DNA of 64,000 nucleotides from Candidatus Iainarchaeum sp. (lineage in GTDB: Archaea; Iainarchaeota; Iainarchaeia; Iainarchaeales; UBA10219), in the NCBI GenBank assembly GCA_018304425.1, contig JAGVWE010000004.1, positions 96,001 to 160,000 of the forward strand, in the 5' to 3' direction. The notes under the pieces were generated by a model. It did not search any database and was not told the origin of the DNA. It saw only the letters and a program-made list of their open reading frames with translations. Numbering within the stretch: position 1 is the stretch's first letter; every line of letters starts with the position of its first letter. Positions 1 to 9,007 of this stretch are shown here, piece by piece. Position numbers and translations under genes: made by a program.

Positions 1-1234
1 CCAGGATGCTGATGGGCGGAATATACCGTTCCAGCACCCTCCGGATGACCCTTGGATCGCGCCTGAAACCCGGAATCATCATGCCTGCCTTGTCCAACTG
101 CTGGGACACGGCTTCCGGCCCCTGGTTGGCCATGTCAATCCAGAACCGGCCGAACAACACGCACACCACCGTCAACACGACAATGTACAGGAGGGCATGC
201 AATACCAGGCCCCCGCTGCCAACAAATTGCAGGCGCACCACGCTTTGAGCGATTTCGTTGAACACGGACAGCCCCGCGCCCTGCAGGAACAGCCGCTCGA
301 TGAAGCCATTGGGTGGCTGGACGACGGCCGCAACCCCGCTCAAGGCCATGCCCAGCACCGGCGTGTTCTTGGCCAGTTCGGCCCACAACCGGACGTTGGC
401 AAACAACGCCACTGCCAGGATGACCGGCATGTTCGAAACGTACAAGAACTTTACGGGAAACCTTCCACCCGTGCCCTTCCGGCCCATCGTAATCGGGATG
501 TTGACGTGGATGCCTTCCGCAAACGTAACCACGAAGAACACGATCAGCGTGAAGAGCAAAGGCATGATGGAAATCAGGGCCGCACCGAAGTCGCCCGCAC
601 CCAGGTAGTCAATGAAGACGAACAACAGGCCCTTGAGCAAGCCGCCCCGGGTCGGCGGCAGGAACACCCGCCACACGATGTCGGCCGCGACCCCCGCCGC
701 GATGAACAAGCTGATGCCGGAGCCGATCCCGTACTTGGACACCACTTCGTCCAAGTACATCAGCAAAATCGAGCCAAAGGCAATCTGTGCCACGACCAGG
801 GGAAACATGCCCTCCAAGGGGTAAACCAGGCCGGAAAACACGTAGACCCCGGCCTCGAAGAACGACAATACCAGGGTGAGCAGCTTCTGCATGCCCGTGA
901 ACTTGGCCTTGTCCTCTTTTTGCGTGACATCCAGTTCAATGATTTTCGCGCCGACCAGCAACTGCAGGATGATGGAGGCCAGGACAATGGGCCCGATTCC
1001 AACGGTTATCAGGGAGCCCACGCTGCTCGCCAAAATCACCTGCAACTGCTCCAGCTGCCCGCCAGCGGACTTGGCCACGTCAATGCCTATCACGTTGATG
1101 TTGCCCATGACGTAGAAGAGGCCCAGCACAACCGCGGTCCACATGAGCTTGGTCTTCAGCGGCGGCTGCACTTCCGGGTGCCGCACCTCTGGCAGCAAAC
1201 TGTAAATTGGCACGAAAAAATCGATTGCGCCCAT
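1..1234 (-). CDS. secY: Preprotein translocase SecY (3' end outside window)
   Basis: Manual translation MGAIDFFVPIYSLLPEVRHPEVQPPLKTKLMWTAVVL..., LITVGIGPIVLASIILQLL, DEVVSKYGIGSGISLFI; follows uL15 with TAATG overlap. Confidence 0.96.
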   Translation of the reverse strand, partial: MGAIDFFVPIYSLLPEVRHPEVQPPLKTKLMWTAVVLGLFYVMGNINVIGIDVAKSAGGQLEQLQVILASSVGSLITVGIGPIVLASIILQLLVGAKIIELDVTQKEDKAKFTGMQKLLTLVLSFFEAGVYVFSGLVYPLEGMFPLVVAQIAFGSILLMYLDEVVSKYGIGSGISLFIAAGVAADIVWRVFLPPTRGGLLKGLLFVFIDYLGAGDFGAALISIMPLLFTLIVFFVVTFAEGIHVNIPITMGRKGTGGRFPVKFLYVSNMPVILAVALFANVRLWAELAKNTPVLGMALSGVAAVVQPPNGFIERLFLQGAGLSVFNEIAQSVVRLQFVGSGGLVLHALLYIVVLTVVCVLFGRFWIDMANQGPEAVSQQLDKAGMMIPGFRRDPRVIRRVLERYIPPISIL

Positions 1235-1728
1235 TACTTGGCTCCCTCCGCTTCTTCCGCACCCTCTTCCTCGGCCTCGAATTCCTCGTCCTCTTCAGAG
1301 GAAGCGGCTTCTCCGCCGACGCTGCCACCGGCTTCCACGATTTTTTCCTTCGCGCCTTCGCTGACCGCAATGTTTGAAAGCACAAGTTTTTCCGCCACAG
1401 CGCCCCGGCCGAGGATTTTTCCTATGCCGACCTTTTTGCCATCCACCAGCACCTGGCCGCCCCTGCGCTCGGCCCGCTTTTCCGCAATCCATTTTGGCAG
1501 CAACCGGACGAAGTCCGCGAGGTTCAAGGCCTTCGGCTTGGGTTTCGGCTTCAACGTCACCTTCACTCCGAACGTCATCCAATAGCTCGTGAACTTGTGC
1601 TTGTGGCTTCCCGCCCGGCCCATTCCGCCACGTGCTCCCTTTCCGCGTGCGTTCTTGGTGTTTCCGTGGCCGTGGAACCGCTTGCCCCTCAACTTGTTGA
1701 CCCTGCGCCTTCTCCTGACCGTCATCAC
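1234..1728 (-). CDS. rpl15: 50S ribosomal protein uL15 with acidic C-terminal tail
   Basis: RG..HGHG..K..RG.G.RGG.G.AG..KHK motif, KILGRG; spc operon position. Confidence 0.96.
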   Translation of the reverse strand: MMTVRRRRRVNKLRGKRFHGHGNTKNARGKGARGGMGRAGSHKHKFTSYWMTFGVKVTLKPKPKPKALNLADFVRLLPKWIAEKRAERRGGQVLVDGKKVGIGKILGRGAVAEKLVLSNIAVSEGAKEKIVEAGGSVGGEAASSEEDEEFEAEEEGAEEAEGAK

Positions 1729-2195
1729 ATCATCCTCTCAACGAGTTCATTGATTTCCTTGCCCCGGTAGCCGAGGGCGCCGCCCAGGTTATAGGCCTTC
1801 TTGATGCCGCCCCGCTCAAAGCCCTTGGACGGGGGGTTCAAGCGGAAAACCCCTTTCACGCCGAAGTCTTCCACGCGCTTCTTCCCGGCCAAAACGGTTT
1901 CAGCCAACTCTTTGAAGTCCTTCAGCTTGTGCTGCTTGAGGAACTCGGCAGTCAACCGCTTGTTTCCAAGCAGCCGCCCCCGCTTTTCCAGCAACCCAGC
2001 CAGGGCTCCGGCCGAAACCTCTCCAAACGTCACATAGGATTCCACCTTATTCACCATGGCCCTCGAAGCCGGGTCTTCCCGCACCAGCACCAGGTGGTTG
2101 TCCCGGTCCAGCCTCAGCAACTCCAGCGTCCGCCGGTGCTCCGGCCTGACTTTCACGTTTCCCCTGACCCTTACAACGGCATACATGACCATCAC
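1725..2195 (-). CDS. rpl30: 50S ribosomal protein uL30 (archaeal long form)
   Basis: YAVVRVRG, FRLNPPSKGF, GALGYRG..INELVERM. Confidence 0.96.
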   Translation of the reverse strand: MMVMYAVVRVRGNVKVRPEHRRTLELLRLDRDNHLVLVREDPASRAMVNKVESYVTFGEVSAGALAGLLEKRGRLLGNKRLTAEFLKQHKLKDFKELAETVLAGKKRVEDFGVKGVFRLNPPSKGFERGGIKKAYNLGGALGYRGKEINELVERMM

Positions 2196-2923
2196 TTCTC
2201 GCCCTTGGACCTGAGGTCCTCCGAAATACGCATCCGCGTGACCCGGTTCAACGCATCAATGGTTGCCAACACGAAGTTGAGCTTGGTGCCCGTGCTGCCC
2301 CGGGTCTTGCACCAGGTGTCCTTCACGCCCGCAAACCGCAGCACGTCCTTGATGTTCTCGCCGGCCACGAGCCCGGTTCCCTTTGGCGCGGGAATCAAGG
2401 TGACACGCACCGAACCAGACTTCCCGGTAATCTTCACCGGAACCGAGTGATTGGTTCCGCACATGCACTCCCACGAGCCACACCCCTTCCTGACCCGAAA
2501 GAGGTTGAGTTTCGCGTCCCTCGTGGCCTTCCGCACTGCCGGCCAGCGCTCCCGGTCCTTCGAAACACCCAAGCCCACGAAACTCGTCTTATCGCCTATG
2601 AGCATGGCAACGCGGAATGCGAACTGCCTTCCAGCCATCCGCACCCTGGCCGTCTTCTTGAAGTCCACCATTTTTACCTCGAGCTCGGGAACCAGGGTAT
2701 CAACGATTTCCGGCTCCATGATGGCCAAACCCCGGTCCAGCACCATGTCCAGCGACGTTATCTCCTGGTTCCTGACCAGCCTACCCGTCTCGGTCTTGGG
2801 CACCCAGTTGGCCAGCCGCTTTTCCTTGTCGGCCGCGCGGTTCAACGCTTCCTCCACCAGTTGCCTTTCCTCTCTTGAAGCCTTCGGATTTCTGCCGGTT
2901 CTCTTTTTTTCAACCATGTTCAT
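2192..2923 (-). CDS. rps5: 30S ribosomal protein uS5
   Basis: WVPKTETGRLV, GCGSWEC.CG..HSVP, PAPKGTGLVAG. Confidence 0.97.
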   Translation of the reverse strand: MNMVEKKRTGRNPKASREERQLVEEALNRAADKEKRLANWVPKTETGRLVRNQEITSLDMVLDRGLAIMEPEIVDTLVPELEVKMVDFKKTARVRMAGRQFAFRVAMLIGDKTSFVGLGVSKDRERWPAVRKATRDAKLNLFRVRKGCGSWECMCGTNHSVPVKITGKSGSVRVTLIPAPKGTGLVAGENIKDVLRFAGVKDTWCKTRGSTGTKLNFVLATIDALNRVTRMRISEDLRSKGEK

Positions 2924-3405
2924 CCACCATACTTCGCGTCAATCTCTTTCTTGACCAGTTCAAACAATTGCGTCGCGTCCCCGCCCAAGTGCTTTCCCGT
3001 GGCCCTCTCATCGGAAGGAAAAACCTCTTTGTCGCATGCCACGCCCACGCCGCTGTCCACGACGCCCCGCAACACGGCAAAAATTGTCGAGCCATGCACC
3101 GGCGTAAGCAAGCCAATGTCCAGCACCGCTTCCAGGAGGCTCTGTTTCTTGGCCTTCTTACCGCACAAGTAACCGGTCAAATAGGCGGCCGGCAGGTTGC
3201 CCGTGTGCCGGGTCCAACCCAGTTTTCTGAGTTCACTGGACTGCGCCATGACCAGGCACTCATCCCCCACCTGGGAGTTGTTGTTGGTTTTCCTCACCCC
3301 CAACCGCAGCTTCCCCGACTTGAGCAAAGCCAACCGCTTCTTATAGTTCGTGCGCTCCTCGCGCCTCCGCCGGAACGGCATCGCATACGTGTTGATCTCG
3401 GTCAT
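2920..3405 (-). CDS. rpl18: 50S ribosomal protein uL18
   Basis: FRRRRE.RTNY.KRL.LLKSG, GNLPAAYLTG, AVLDIGL; start set at MTEINT (3405). Confidence 0.95.
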   Translation of the reverse strand: MTEINTYAMPFRRRREERTNYKKRLALLKSGKLRLGVRKTNNNSQVGDECLVMAQSSELRKLGWTRHTGNLPAAYLTGYLCGKKAKKQSLLEAVLDIGLLTPVHGSTIFAVLRGVVDSGVGVACDKEVFPSDERATGKHLGGDATQLFELVKKEIDAKYGG

Positions 3406-3476
3406 TCCGAACCACCCTTTATGCCACTTGGTTCGGAATATTTCGAACCAATCCTGCATTCATTGTTCGAAATCAT
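3402..3476 (-). CDS. Putative 24-aa bridging ORF MISNNECRIGSKYSEPSGIKGGSE
   Basis: ATG immediately after eL19 TAA; its TGA overlaps the uL18 ATG (ATGA); fills the whole spacer. Confidence 0.45.
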   Translation of the reverse strand: MISNNECRIGSKYSEPSGIKGGSE

Positions 3477-3926
3477 TTATTTACCGCCACCCGTCGCCAG
3501 TTGCTCCAACTGCTTTTTTCCCTTGAAATAACCGCCTTTAACCATGTTATACAGTTTCGCGTACGTGAACTCGCCCTTCAGCTGGTCCTCCGCCCGCAGC
3601 TTCCGCAGGACGGCCCTTTGCGCGCGCACGTTCGCAATCCACCGAAGCCGCTGCTTGACCCGCGCCTTCTTGGTGCCCGAGCGCTTGCCTTCCCCGGACT
3701 TCCGGCCCTTCCGCTTCTTGGCCTGCAACACCCGGGCCCTGCCGCGGCTGTGCCCTGACTCCTTCTTCCACCGGATGACGCCGTCCTTGATGAGCAGCCG
3801 CACGTCTTCCTTGGTCATGGCTTCCTTCAAGCGGTCCAAGGCATCCGGGCTGATCCAAATCTTGGACTTCCCGCACTTCAAAACCGATGCCGCCAGTCTC
3901 CTGAGCTTGTTTGCCTGCATACCCAT
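3477..3926 (-). CDS. rpl19e: 50S ribosomal protein eL19
   Basis: RRLAASVLKCG..KIWI.P, SRGRAR, G.G.RSG.K.AR, LYNMVKGG.F. Confidence 0.96.
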   Translation of the reverse strand: MGMQANKLRRLAASVLKCGKSKIWISPDALDRLKEAMTKEDVRLLIKDGVIRWKKESGHSRGRARVLQAKKRKGRKSGEGKRSGTKKARVKQRLRWIANVRAQRAVLRKLRAEDQLKGEFTYAKLYNMVKGGYFKGKKQLEQLATGGGK

Positions 3927-3930
3927 CCAC

Positions 3931-4467
3931 CTAGTTGACTACCCTCAATCCCAACTCCAACGCTTTTTCCCTGATGGCAATCCGCTTCTTTCGTCCCACG
4001 TTGCCGTCAATCCGTATTACCCGGTCCTTGACGCCCGCCAACTGCGCCGGGTTCGCCACCAACGCCTCAAGCAAGCCCTGGGGGTGCAGGTTCCTGAATG
4101 CCTTCGGCGTGCGGTAGCCAATCTTCACCCAGGCCCCGTCATCGCGCTTGAACAGGGTGTCCATGCCCCGCGGCTTCCGCCACTTAGCCCACTTCTCCAA
4201 CGAAATCCGGCGCTTGTATTTCTCGCCAAACCGTCCCCTGAACGTCGGGTGCCGCCTGAGGTGGGCCAACACCGCCTGCAATTTCCGCAGTTCCTTGGAA
4301 AGCTTCAGCTTCACCTTCTTATGCCGGTGCTCGGCCCGCTTCTGCCTGCGCTTGCCTGCTTCCCGTGGCTTTTTGTCGGCCTTTGGCTTGGCCGTTGCAT
4401 GCGTTGCCGCCATGGGCTTCTTCCCATGCGCCTTGCCCTTGTCCTTCGTTGCTTTCGCCATAACCAT
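3931..4467 (-). CDS. rpl32e: 50S ribosomal protein eL32 with basic N-terminal extension
   Basis: WRKPRGMD, KIGYRTP, LHPQG, VGRKKR..I...A..LGLRVVN. Confidence 0.94.
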   Translation of the reverse strand: MVMAKATKDKGKAHGKKPMAATHATAKPKADKKPREAGKRRQKRAEHRHKKVKLKLSKELRKLQAVLAHLRRHPTFRGRFGEKYKRRISLEKWAKWRKPRGMDTLFKRDDGAWVKIGYRTPKAFRNLHPQGLLEALVANPAQLAGVKDRVIRIDGNVGRKKRIAIREKALELGLRVVN

Positions 4468-4471
4468 TCCC

Positions 4472-5014
4472 CTACTTCTTCACTCCCTTGTACGCAATGT
4501 AAATGCCGTCCTGGAACACCCGGATGTCCTTGCCCTTGATGCGCGTGGCCCGCTCCATGTTGGCAGCCGTCTGCCCAACGGCTTCCCGGTCCACGCCGCG
4601 CACCAGGATGTCCTTTCCCTTGATTTCGACCCTGGTGTCCTTGCCCACGATAGGCGATTTCACCGGGTGCTTGGCCCCGCCCACGTTCACGATTTCAACG
4701 GCATTCCCCGTAACCTTCACCGAAATCGGGAAGTGCGAGTACACGATTTCCAGCCGGTACTCGTAACCCTGCTTCAAGCCCGCCACCATGTTCTCGATAT
4801 GCGAAGCCACGGAACGCAGGATGGCACGCTTCTTCTTCTTGTCCTGGTCCATTTTGACCATGACGCTGTTCTCCCGCTTCTCCAGCGACAGGCCAGGCCC
4901 CTTGAATACGCGCACCACTTCCTTGCCGCCGGCCCGCACCTTCAAGGTGTTGCCGGTCAGCTCGGCCTGGACATCCTGGGGCAATGCCACGATTATCTCC
5001 GTTCCACTCGCCAT
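4472..5014 (-). CDS. rpl6: 50S ribosomal protein uL6
   Basis: YSHFPISV, GQTAANME, KDIRVFQDGIYI; start at MASGT. Confidence 0.96.
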   Translation of the reverse strand: MASGTEIIVALPQDVQAELTGNTLKVRAGGKEVVRVFKGPGLSLEKRENSVMVKMDQDKKKKRAILRSVASHIENMVAGLKQGYEYRLEIVYSHFPISVKVTGNAVEIVNVGGAKHPVKSPIVGKDTRVEIKGKDILVRGVDREAVGQTAANMERATRIKGKDIRVFQDGIYIAYKGVKK

Positions 5015-5024
5015 AAACATCCCC

Positions 5025-5417
5025 TTAGTATACGTAGGCCAGCAGCCTCCCACCAATGCCGCGCTTCTTGGCATCGGCATGCGTGAAAACCCCTTGGGGC
5101 GTGGAAACAATGATGGTTCCGATGTCCACGCTCGGCAGATACCGTTTCTCGAACTTCTCAAACTCGTCCTTCGCGACGGCATACCGGGGCTTGATGGCCT
5201 TGCACTCGTTTATCTTGCCCAACAAGGTAATCTTGTAGAGGCCTTCCCTTCCGTCATCCACCAACTCGTACGTGGAAATATAGCGTTTCTCCTGCATGAC
5301 CCGCAGGATTTCGCCCAGCAACCGGGAAGCCGGTCTTACCATGCACAACCGCTTGGACACCCCCTCATGGTTCTTGATGTTGATGAGGGCATCCGCCAAT
5401 GGGTCCGTTCTCGTCAT
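5025..5417 (-). CDS. rps8: 30S ribosomal protein uS8
   Basis: DPLADAL..IKN, DDGR.G, IKPRY, GGRLLAYVY. Confidence 0.97.
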   Translation of the reverse strand: MTRTDPLADALINIKNHEGVSKRLCMVRPASRLLGEILRVMQEKRYISTYELVDDGREGLYKITLLGKINECKAIKPRYAVAKDEFEKFEKRYLPSVDIGTIIVSTPQGVFTHADAKKRGIGGRLLAYVY

Positions 5418-5438
5418 GTTCCATTCCACCTTTACGCA

Positions 5439-5630
5439 TTAATCATACTTCTGGAAACCAATCTGCAACGCGAAGTCCTTGAAGCAACGCCGGCACAAGC
5501 CAATGCGGTACTTGCTGATCAAACCCTTCGAGTTACCGCACCGCCGGCAAGCCTTTTCCTTGCCCTTTCCCTTGCGGGGTTTCGTCCGGTTCAAGGGCTT
5601 CTGCTTCTGGATGATTTCCCGTTGCATCAT
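5439..5630 (-). CDS. rps14: 30S ribosomal protein uS14 (zinc type)
   Basis: CRRC...LCRRCF..A..IGF.KY. Confidence 0.95.
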   Translation of the reverse strand: MMQREIIQKQKPLNRTKPRKGKGKEKACRRCGNSKGLISKYRIGLCRRCFKDFALQIGFQKYD

Positions 5631-6185
5631 TTATTTCACTTCCACTCCAAACCTCGTTGAAACAAACTCCACTGCCTCGGCCTTCGAAACCGCGTGATGC
5701 CTTGGAATGCGCTTCTTGGCCAGCTTCCTGCGCTTGACGCGGTAACCCGGCCTTTCCAGGGCAATCAGCACGTCAAAGCCCCGGATGCCAAGCTTCGGGT
5801 CATACTTGGTCCCGGGCAGGTCAATGTACTCCTTGATCCCGAAACCGAAGTTGCCGTGCAAGTCAAAGTTCTTCGCCGCCAACTTGTTTTCCCTGGCCTG
5901 CAACGCGCGCTTCAGGAACTCGATGGCCCGTTCATCCCGTAAGGTGACCTTGCACCCAATCGTCAAGCCCGGTCGGATCTCCCAGGTCGGGTTTTTGACC
6001 TTGCACACCGTCAGCAAGGGCTTCATGTTGGTGAGCCGCTGCATGATGGTCTCGGCCTTCTTAAGCTCTTCCCCCGTCTGCCCAACCCCCATGTTCACGG
6101 TGACCTTCGCTATCCGGATCTCCCGCATCGGGTTGCCCGCAATGGGCGCCTGCCGCTGTTCCACCATCGCTTCCATGTCCATCAC
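5631..6185 (-). CDS. rpl5: 50S ribosomal protein uL5
   Basis: NPMREIRI.KVTVN.GVG, GNFGFGI.EYID.PG..YDP. Confidence 0.97.
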   Translation of the reverse strand: MMDMEAMVEQRQAPIAGNPMREIRIAKVTVNMGVGQTGEELKKAETIMQRLTNMKPLLTVCKVKNPTWEIRPGLTIGCKVTLRDERAIEFLKRALQARENKLAAKNFDLHGNFGFGIKEYIDLPGTKYDPKLGIRGFDVLIALERPGYRVKRRKLAKKRIPRHHAVSKAEAVEFVSTRFGVEVK

Positions 6186-6901
6186 TCGATTTCTACCTCG
6201 GGCTTCTTCGAGCCCACTACCAACACGTTCCGTTCAACGGTCTGGAATTCCTCACTACCCGCCTGCAAGCCAATCAGCTTGGGCCTGGACATGGTTCCTT
6301 CCACGACCTCCTTCACTTCGGCCACGGTTCCCACGTGGGTTCCCTGAATGAGGTACACCACGTGGCCCTTCTTCAATTCAAGCACGCCGGCAATCTTCCG
6401 CGCCGGCAACTCGAGTTTCAACGTCGAACCCACGCGGACGGCATTCTTTTCATCCATTAAGGTCGTGCCATCGTCCAAGGTAAGCTGCTGCTTTCCACCG
6501 GGCAGGGTGTGCTTGCGCAGCACCTTGCAGAGCTTGAAAGAAGCCTCCTTGCCGTCCAATTCCCTGAACCGGAGCCTCCCCTTGTTGTCCAGCAATGCGC
6601 GGTACTTTTTCTTGGCCTGCACGACGTCAAGCACGTCAAACAACCCCACCGGGAACCGCAGTTCCTTTCGCCGGACGCCGTTCACCTTGACTTCCGAGTT
6701 GTTCAACACCAGCCGTGCTTCCTTCTCGTTGTCCACCACTTGGAGGAGGTTCCTCAACGCGAACACGAGCGGCACGGAACGACTGCGGTTATGCGGCCCC
6801 GGAATCGTCTTCGTCGTCCAAGCCGTTTCCTTCCGGTTGAAATGCCTAACGACTGGCACGGAAAGTGCCTTCTGCGCCTTTGACTCACCTTTCTTCGCCA
6901 T
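6182..6901 (-). CDS. rps4e: 30S ribosomal protein eS4
   Basis: PGPH...SVPL, VKVNG..R...FPVGLFDV. Confidence 0.96.
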   Translation of the reverse strand: MAKKGESKAQKALSVPVVRHFNRKETAWTTKTIPGPHNRSRSVPLVFALRNLLQVVDNEKEARLVLNNSEVKVNGVRRKELRFPVGLFDVLDVVQAKKKYRALLDNKGRLRFRELDGKEASFKLCKVLRKHTLPGGKQQLTLDDGTTLMDEKNAVRVGSTLKLELPARKIAGVLELKKGHVVYLIQGTHVGTVAEVKEVVEGTMSRPKLIGLQAGSEEFQTVERNVLVVGSKKPEVEIE

Positions 6902-6904
6902 GCT

Positions 6905-7294
6905 TTATCCCTTTCTTTCCTTTCCCTTCTTGGCCGCCTTACCCCCCAACCGGAGGGCGTCAGCGGATTCTATCTCTTCAATCACCAAGTTACTGGGCCG
7001 CACCGGCACCAAAATCTCCTTTCCATCGGCTTTCCTGCGCTTCAAGCCCTCGATGAACACGAAGCCCTTGGTCCGGTCCACCCGCGAAATCTTCCCCGAA
7101 AAGCCCGCCCGGCCGCCCCGCACCAGCTTCACCTTGTCACCCTTCCGCACCGGCACAGCGCGCTTGCCCAGGCTCTTCCTCAGCTCCCCACTCAAGTGAG
7201 CCGACACCAGGACCTTCCGCTTGTGCAGGGGAAGGTTATACCAGGCCTTCCGCTGTTTTCCAGGCTTACTGCTTTCCGTCAACGCAACACCCAT
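6905..7294 (-). CDS. rpl24: 50S ribosomal protein uL24
   Basis: S.KPGKQRK..YN.PLH, VRKGD.V..RG KOW motif. Confidence 0.96.
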   Translation of the reverse strand: MGVALTESSKPGKQRKAWYNLPLHKRKVLVSAHLSGELRKSLGKRAVPVRKGDKVKLVRGGRAGFSGKISRVDRTKGFVFIEGLKRRKADGKEILVPVRPSNLVIEEIESADALRLGGKAAKKGKERKG

Positions 7295-7303
7295 GCTTTC
7301 ACC

Positions 7304-7702
7304 TTACACGATGGCCGGCGCCAGGCCCGCGACCTTCGGCCAGCGCTCACCCACTTCCTTTGCCACTACTCCCTTGATCTCGGAGCCCTTCGGCAGGCCC
7401 TTGTCATCCACCAACACCACGGCATTGTCCTCGAACTTCACGCGCACGCCGTCCACCCGCCGGTACTCCTTCCTCACGCGCACAATCACGGCGCGCTCCA
7501 CTTTCTTCCGGATTTCGGGTTTCCCCTTCTTCACGACCACGTTCACGAGGTCAGCGATGCCGGCCTGCGGCTGCTGCCGCTTCTTTCCCTTGAACCCGAA
7601 GACGCTGATGATCTCGCAGATCTTCGCGCCCGAGTTGTCCGCGCACGTGCACCACGACTTCTTGGTCAACCCCTTGGTCGGCGTTGCGTTAATGGCTTTC
7701 AT
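7304..7702 (-). CDS. rpl14: 50S ribosomal protein uL14
   Basis: CADNSGAK, VKFEDNA.V, GSEIKG.VAKEV; start at MKAIN. Confidence 0.97.
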   Translation of the reverse strand: MKAINATPTKGLTKKSWCTCADNSGAKICEIISVFGFKGKKRQQPQAGIADLVNVVVKKGKPEIRKKVERAVIVRVRKEYRRVDGVRVKFEDNAVVLVDDKGLPKGSEIKGVVAKEVGERWPKVAGLAPAIV

Positions 7703-7713
7703 AATCGCACCTT

Positions 7714-8127
7714 TTACTCCTTGCCCTCTTCCTTTACCGGGGCCTTGCCCTTGGGCCCCTTCTTTTCCTTGAACGCCTTGCCCACGTCCTCGTGGGAAAC
7801 GGCCTTCGCGTGGCCCTCCACGCTCAAAATCGTGAACGCCTTGGTCTTGCTGAGCTTCCGGGTTTCCCCAATCCGGACGACGTCCTGTTCTTTCGCGCCA
7901 ATGCACCGGGGATTGTGCGCGACCAGCCTGCTCCGCACGTTCTTATACCGCTCGTACTTGTGCACGTAATGGGTGAGGGTCCGCTCAACGATGGCCGTCT
8001 TGTCGGCCTTCGCGCTCACCACGCGGCCCGTGAAAATGTTTCCACGCACCTTAACCCCTCCGTGAACCGCGCACTTGCCGTCATTGCACACGCCAACTTC
8101 CCTTGCCATGGGTTCAGCCATAATCAT
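7714..8127 (-). CDS. rps17: 30S ribosomal protein uS17
   Basis: C.D..C..HG...VRG, KYERY, IGETRKLSKTK; start 8127 or 8121. Confidence 0.95.
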   Translation of the reverse strand: MIMAEPMAREVGVCNDGKCAVHGGVKVRGNIFTGRVVSAKADKTAIVERTLTHYVHKYERYKNVRSRLVAHNPRCIGAKEQDVVRIGETRKLSKTKAFTILSVEGHAKAVSHEDVGKAFKEKKGPKGKAPVKEEGKE

Positions 8128-8459
8128 CCCATCCCCTTTTCCCGGAATTCCTTCTTCCGAAATTCTTTCTTCCGAAAGAACAGCTTGACGCGGTCCTCGG
8201 GCCTCGCCACCAGCCGCTTCCCATCCACTTCCACTGCTTCGCCGCCCACCTCGACCAGGAACAGGGCCTCGTTCTTCGGCACCCGCTTCTCCCGGCCCCT
8301 GGACTCCAATACCAGCACGTTCCGGGTCTCGTCCACGATTCTTCCCCCGAAACCCGCCCGGCCGCGGTCCGAGGAAGCCAGTACCCTGGCCTCCAAGCCG
8401 ATGAGCTCGTGGCCCAAGAGGTTTTCCGCTGAAATGCAATAATGCCCGGTCTTAATCAT
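8124..8459 (-). CDS. rnp1: RNase P protein component 1 (Rpp29)
   Basis: HELIGL, G.IVDET.N, VPK...F, RPEDR. Confidence 0.92.
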   Translation of the reverse strand: MIKTGHYCISAENLLGHELIGLEARVLASSDRGRAGFGGRIVDETRNVLVLESRGREKRVPKNEALFLVEVGGEAVEVDGKRLVARPEDRVKLFFRKKEFRKKEFREKGMG

Positions 8460-8479
8460 TTTTCCACCTTTAATGCAAC

Positions 8480-8782
8480 TCACGAATCAATCAATTCCTG
8501 TTTATAGCCTTCCTGGAGCAGGATTTCCTTGGCCCGCTTCCGGTGCTCTCCCTGCAATTCAATCACGGTTCCCCGCAAGGTGCCACCACACGCGAGCTTG
8601 CTCTTCAGCGTCTTCGCCAACTCCTTGGCGATTTTCGCGTCCTCCACGCCCGAGATGATGGTCACAATCTTGCCAAACCTCCGCCGCAACGTCCCAATCC
8701 GGACTTTCTGGCTCTCCTTCGCGATTTCCTTGCAGACGCAGAGGTTCGTTGGCAAACCACAGGTAACGCACACCGTGTCCAT
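8480..8782 (-). CDS. Translation initiation factor SUI1/aIF1
   Basis: C..CGLP..LCVC..IAKE.Q, LKSKLACGGT, IELQG.H. Confidence 0.95.
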   Translation of the reverse strand: MDTVCVTCGLPTNLCVCKEIAKESQKVRIGTLRRRFGKIVTIISGVEDAKIAKELAKTLKSKLACGGTLRGTVIELQGEHRKRAKEILLQEGYKQELIDS

Positions 8783-9007
8783 TTACTTGGCCTCACCCCT
8801 TGCATCCACTTGCTTGGCTTCCGCCTTCTGACCCATAATCGTCAACACCCGCGCAATGCCCCGCCGCAGGTTCCTGATTTTCGCCGGCTTCTCGGCCCTC
8901 GACCCCGAAGCCACTGAAGCCCGTTCCTTGGTCAGGTCCGTGCGCAACTGCACGAGCCGCTCCTCGAGCTCCACCACGCTGAGCTCCCGCAATTCACTGG
9001 CCCGCAA
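8783..9007 (-). CDS. rpl29: 50S ribosomal protein uL29
   Basis: ELR.LS..EL...L..L, IR.LRR.IAR.LT; TTG start. Confidence 0.93.
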   Translation of the reverse strand: MRASELRELSVVELEERLVQLRTDLTKERASVASGSRAEKPAKIRNLRRGIARVLTIMGQKAEAKQVDARGEAK

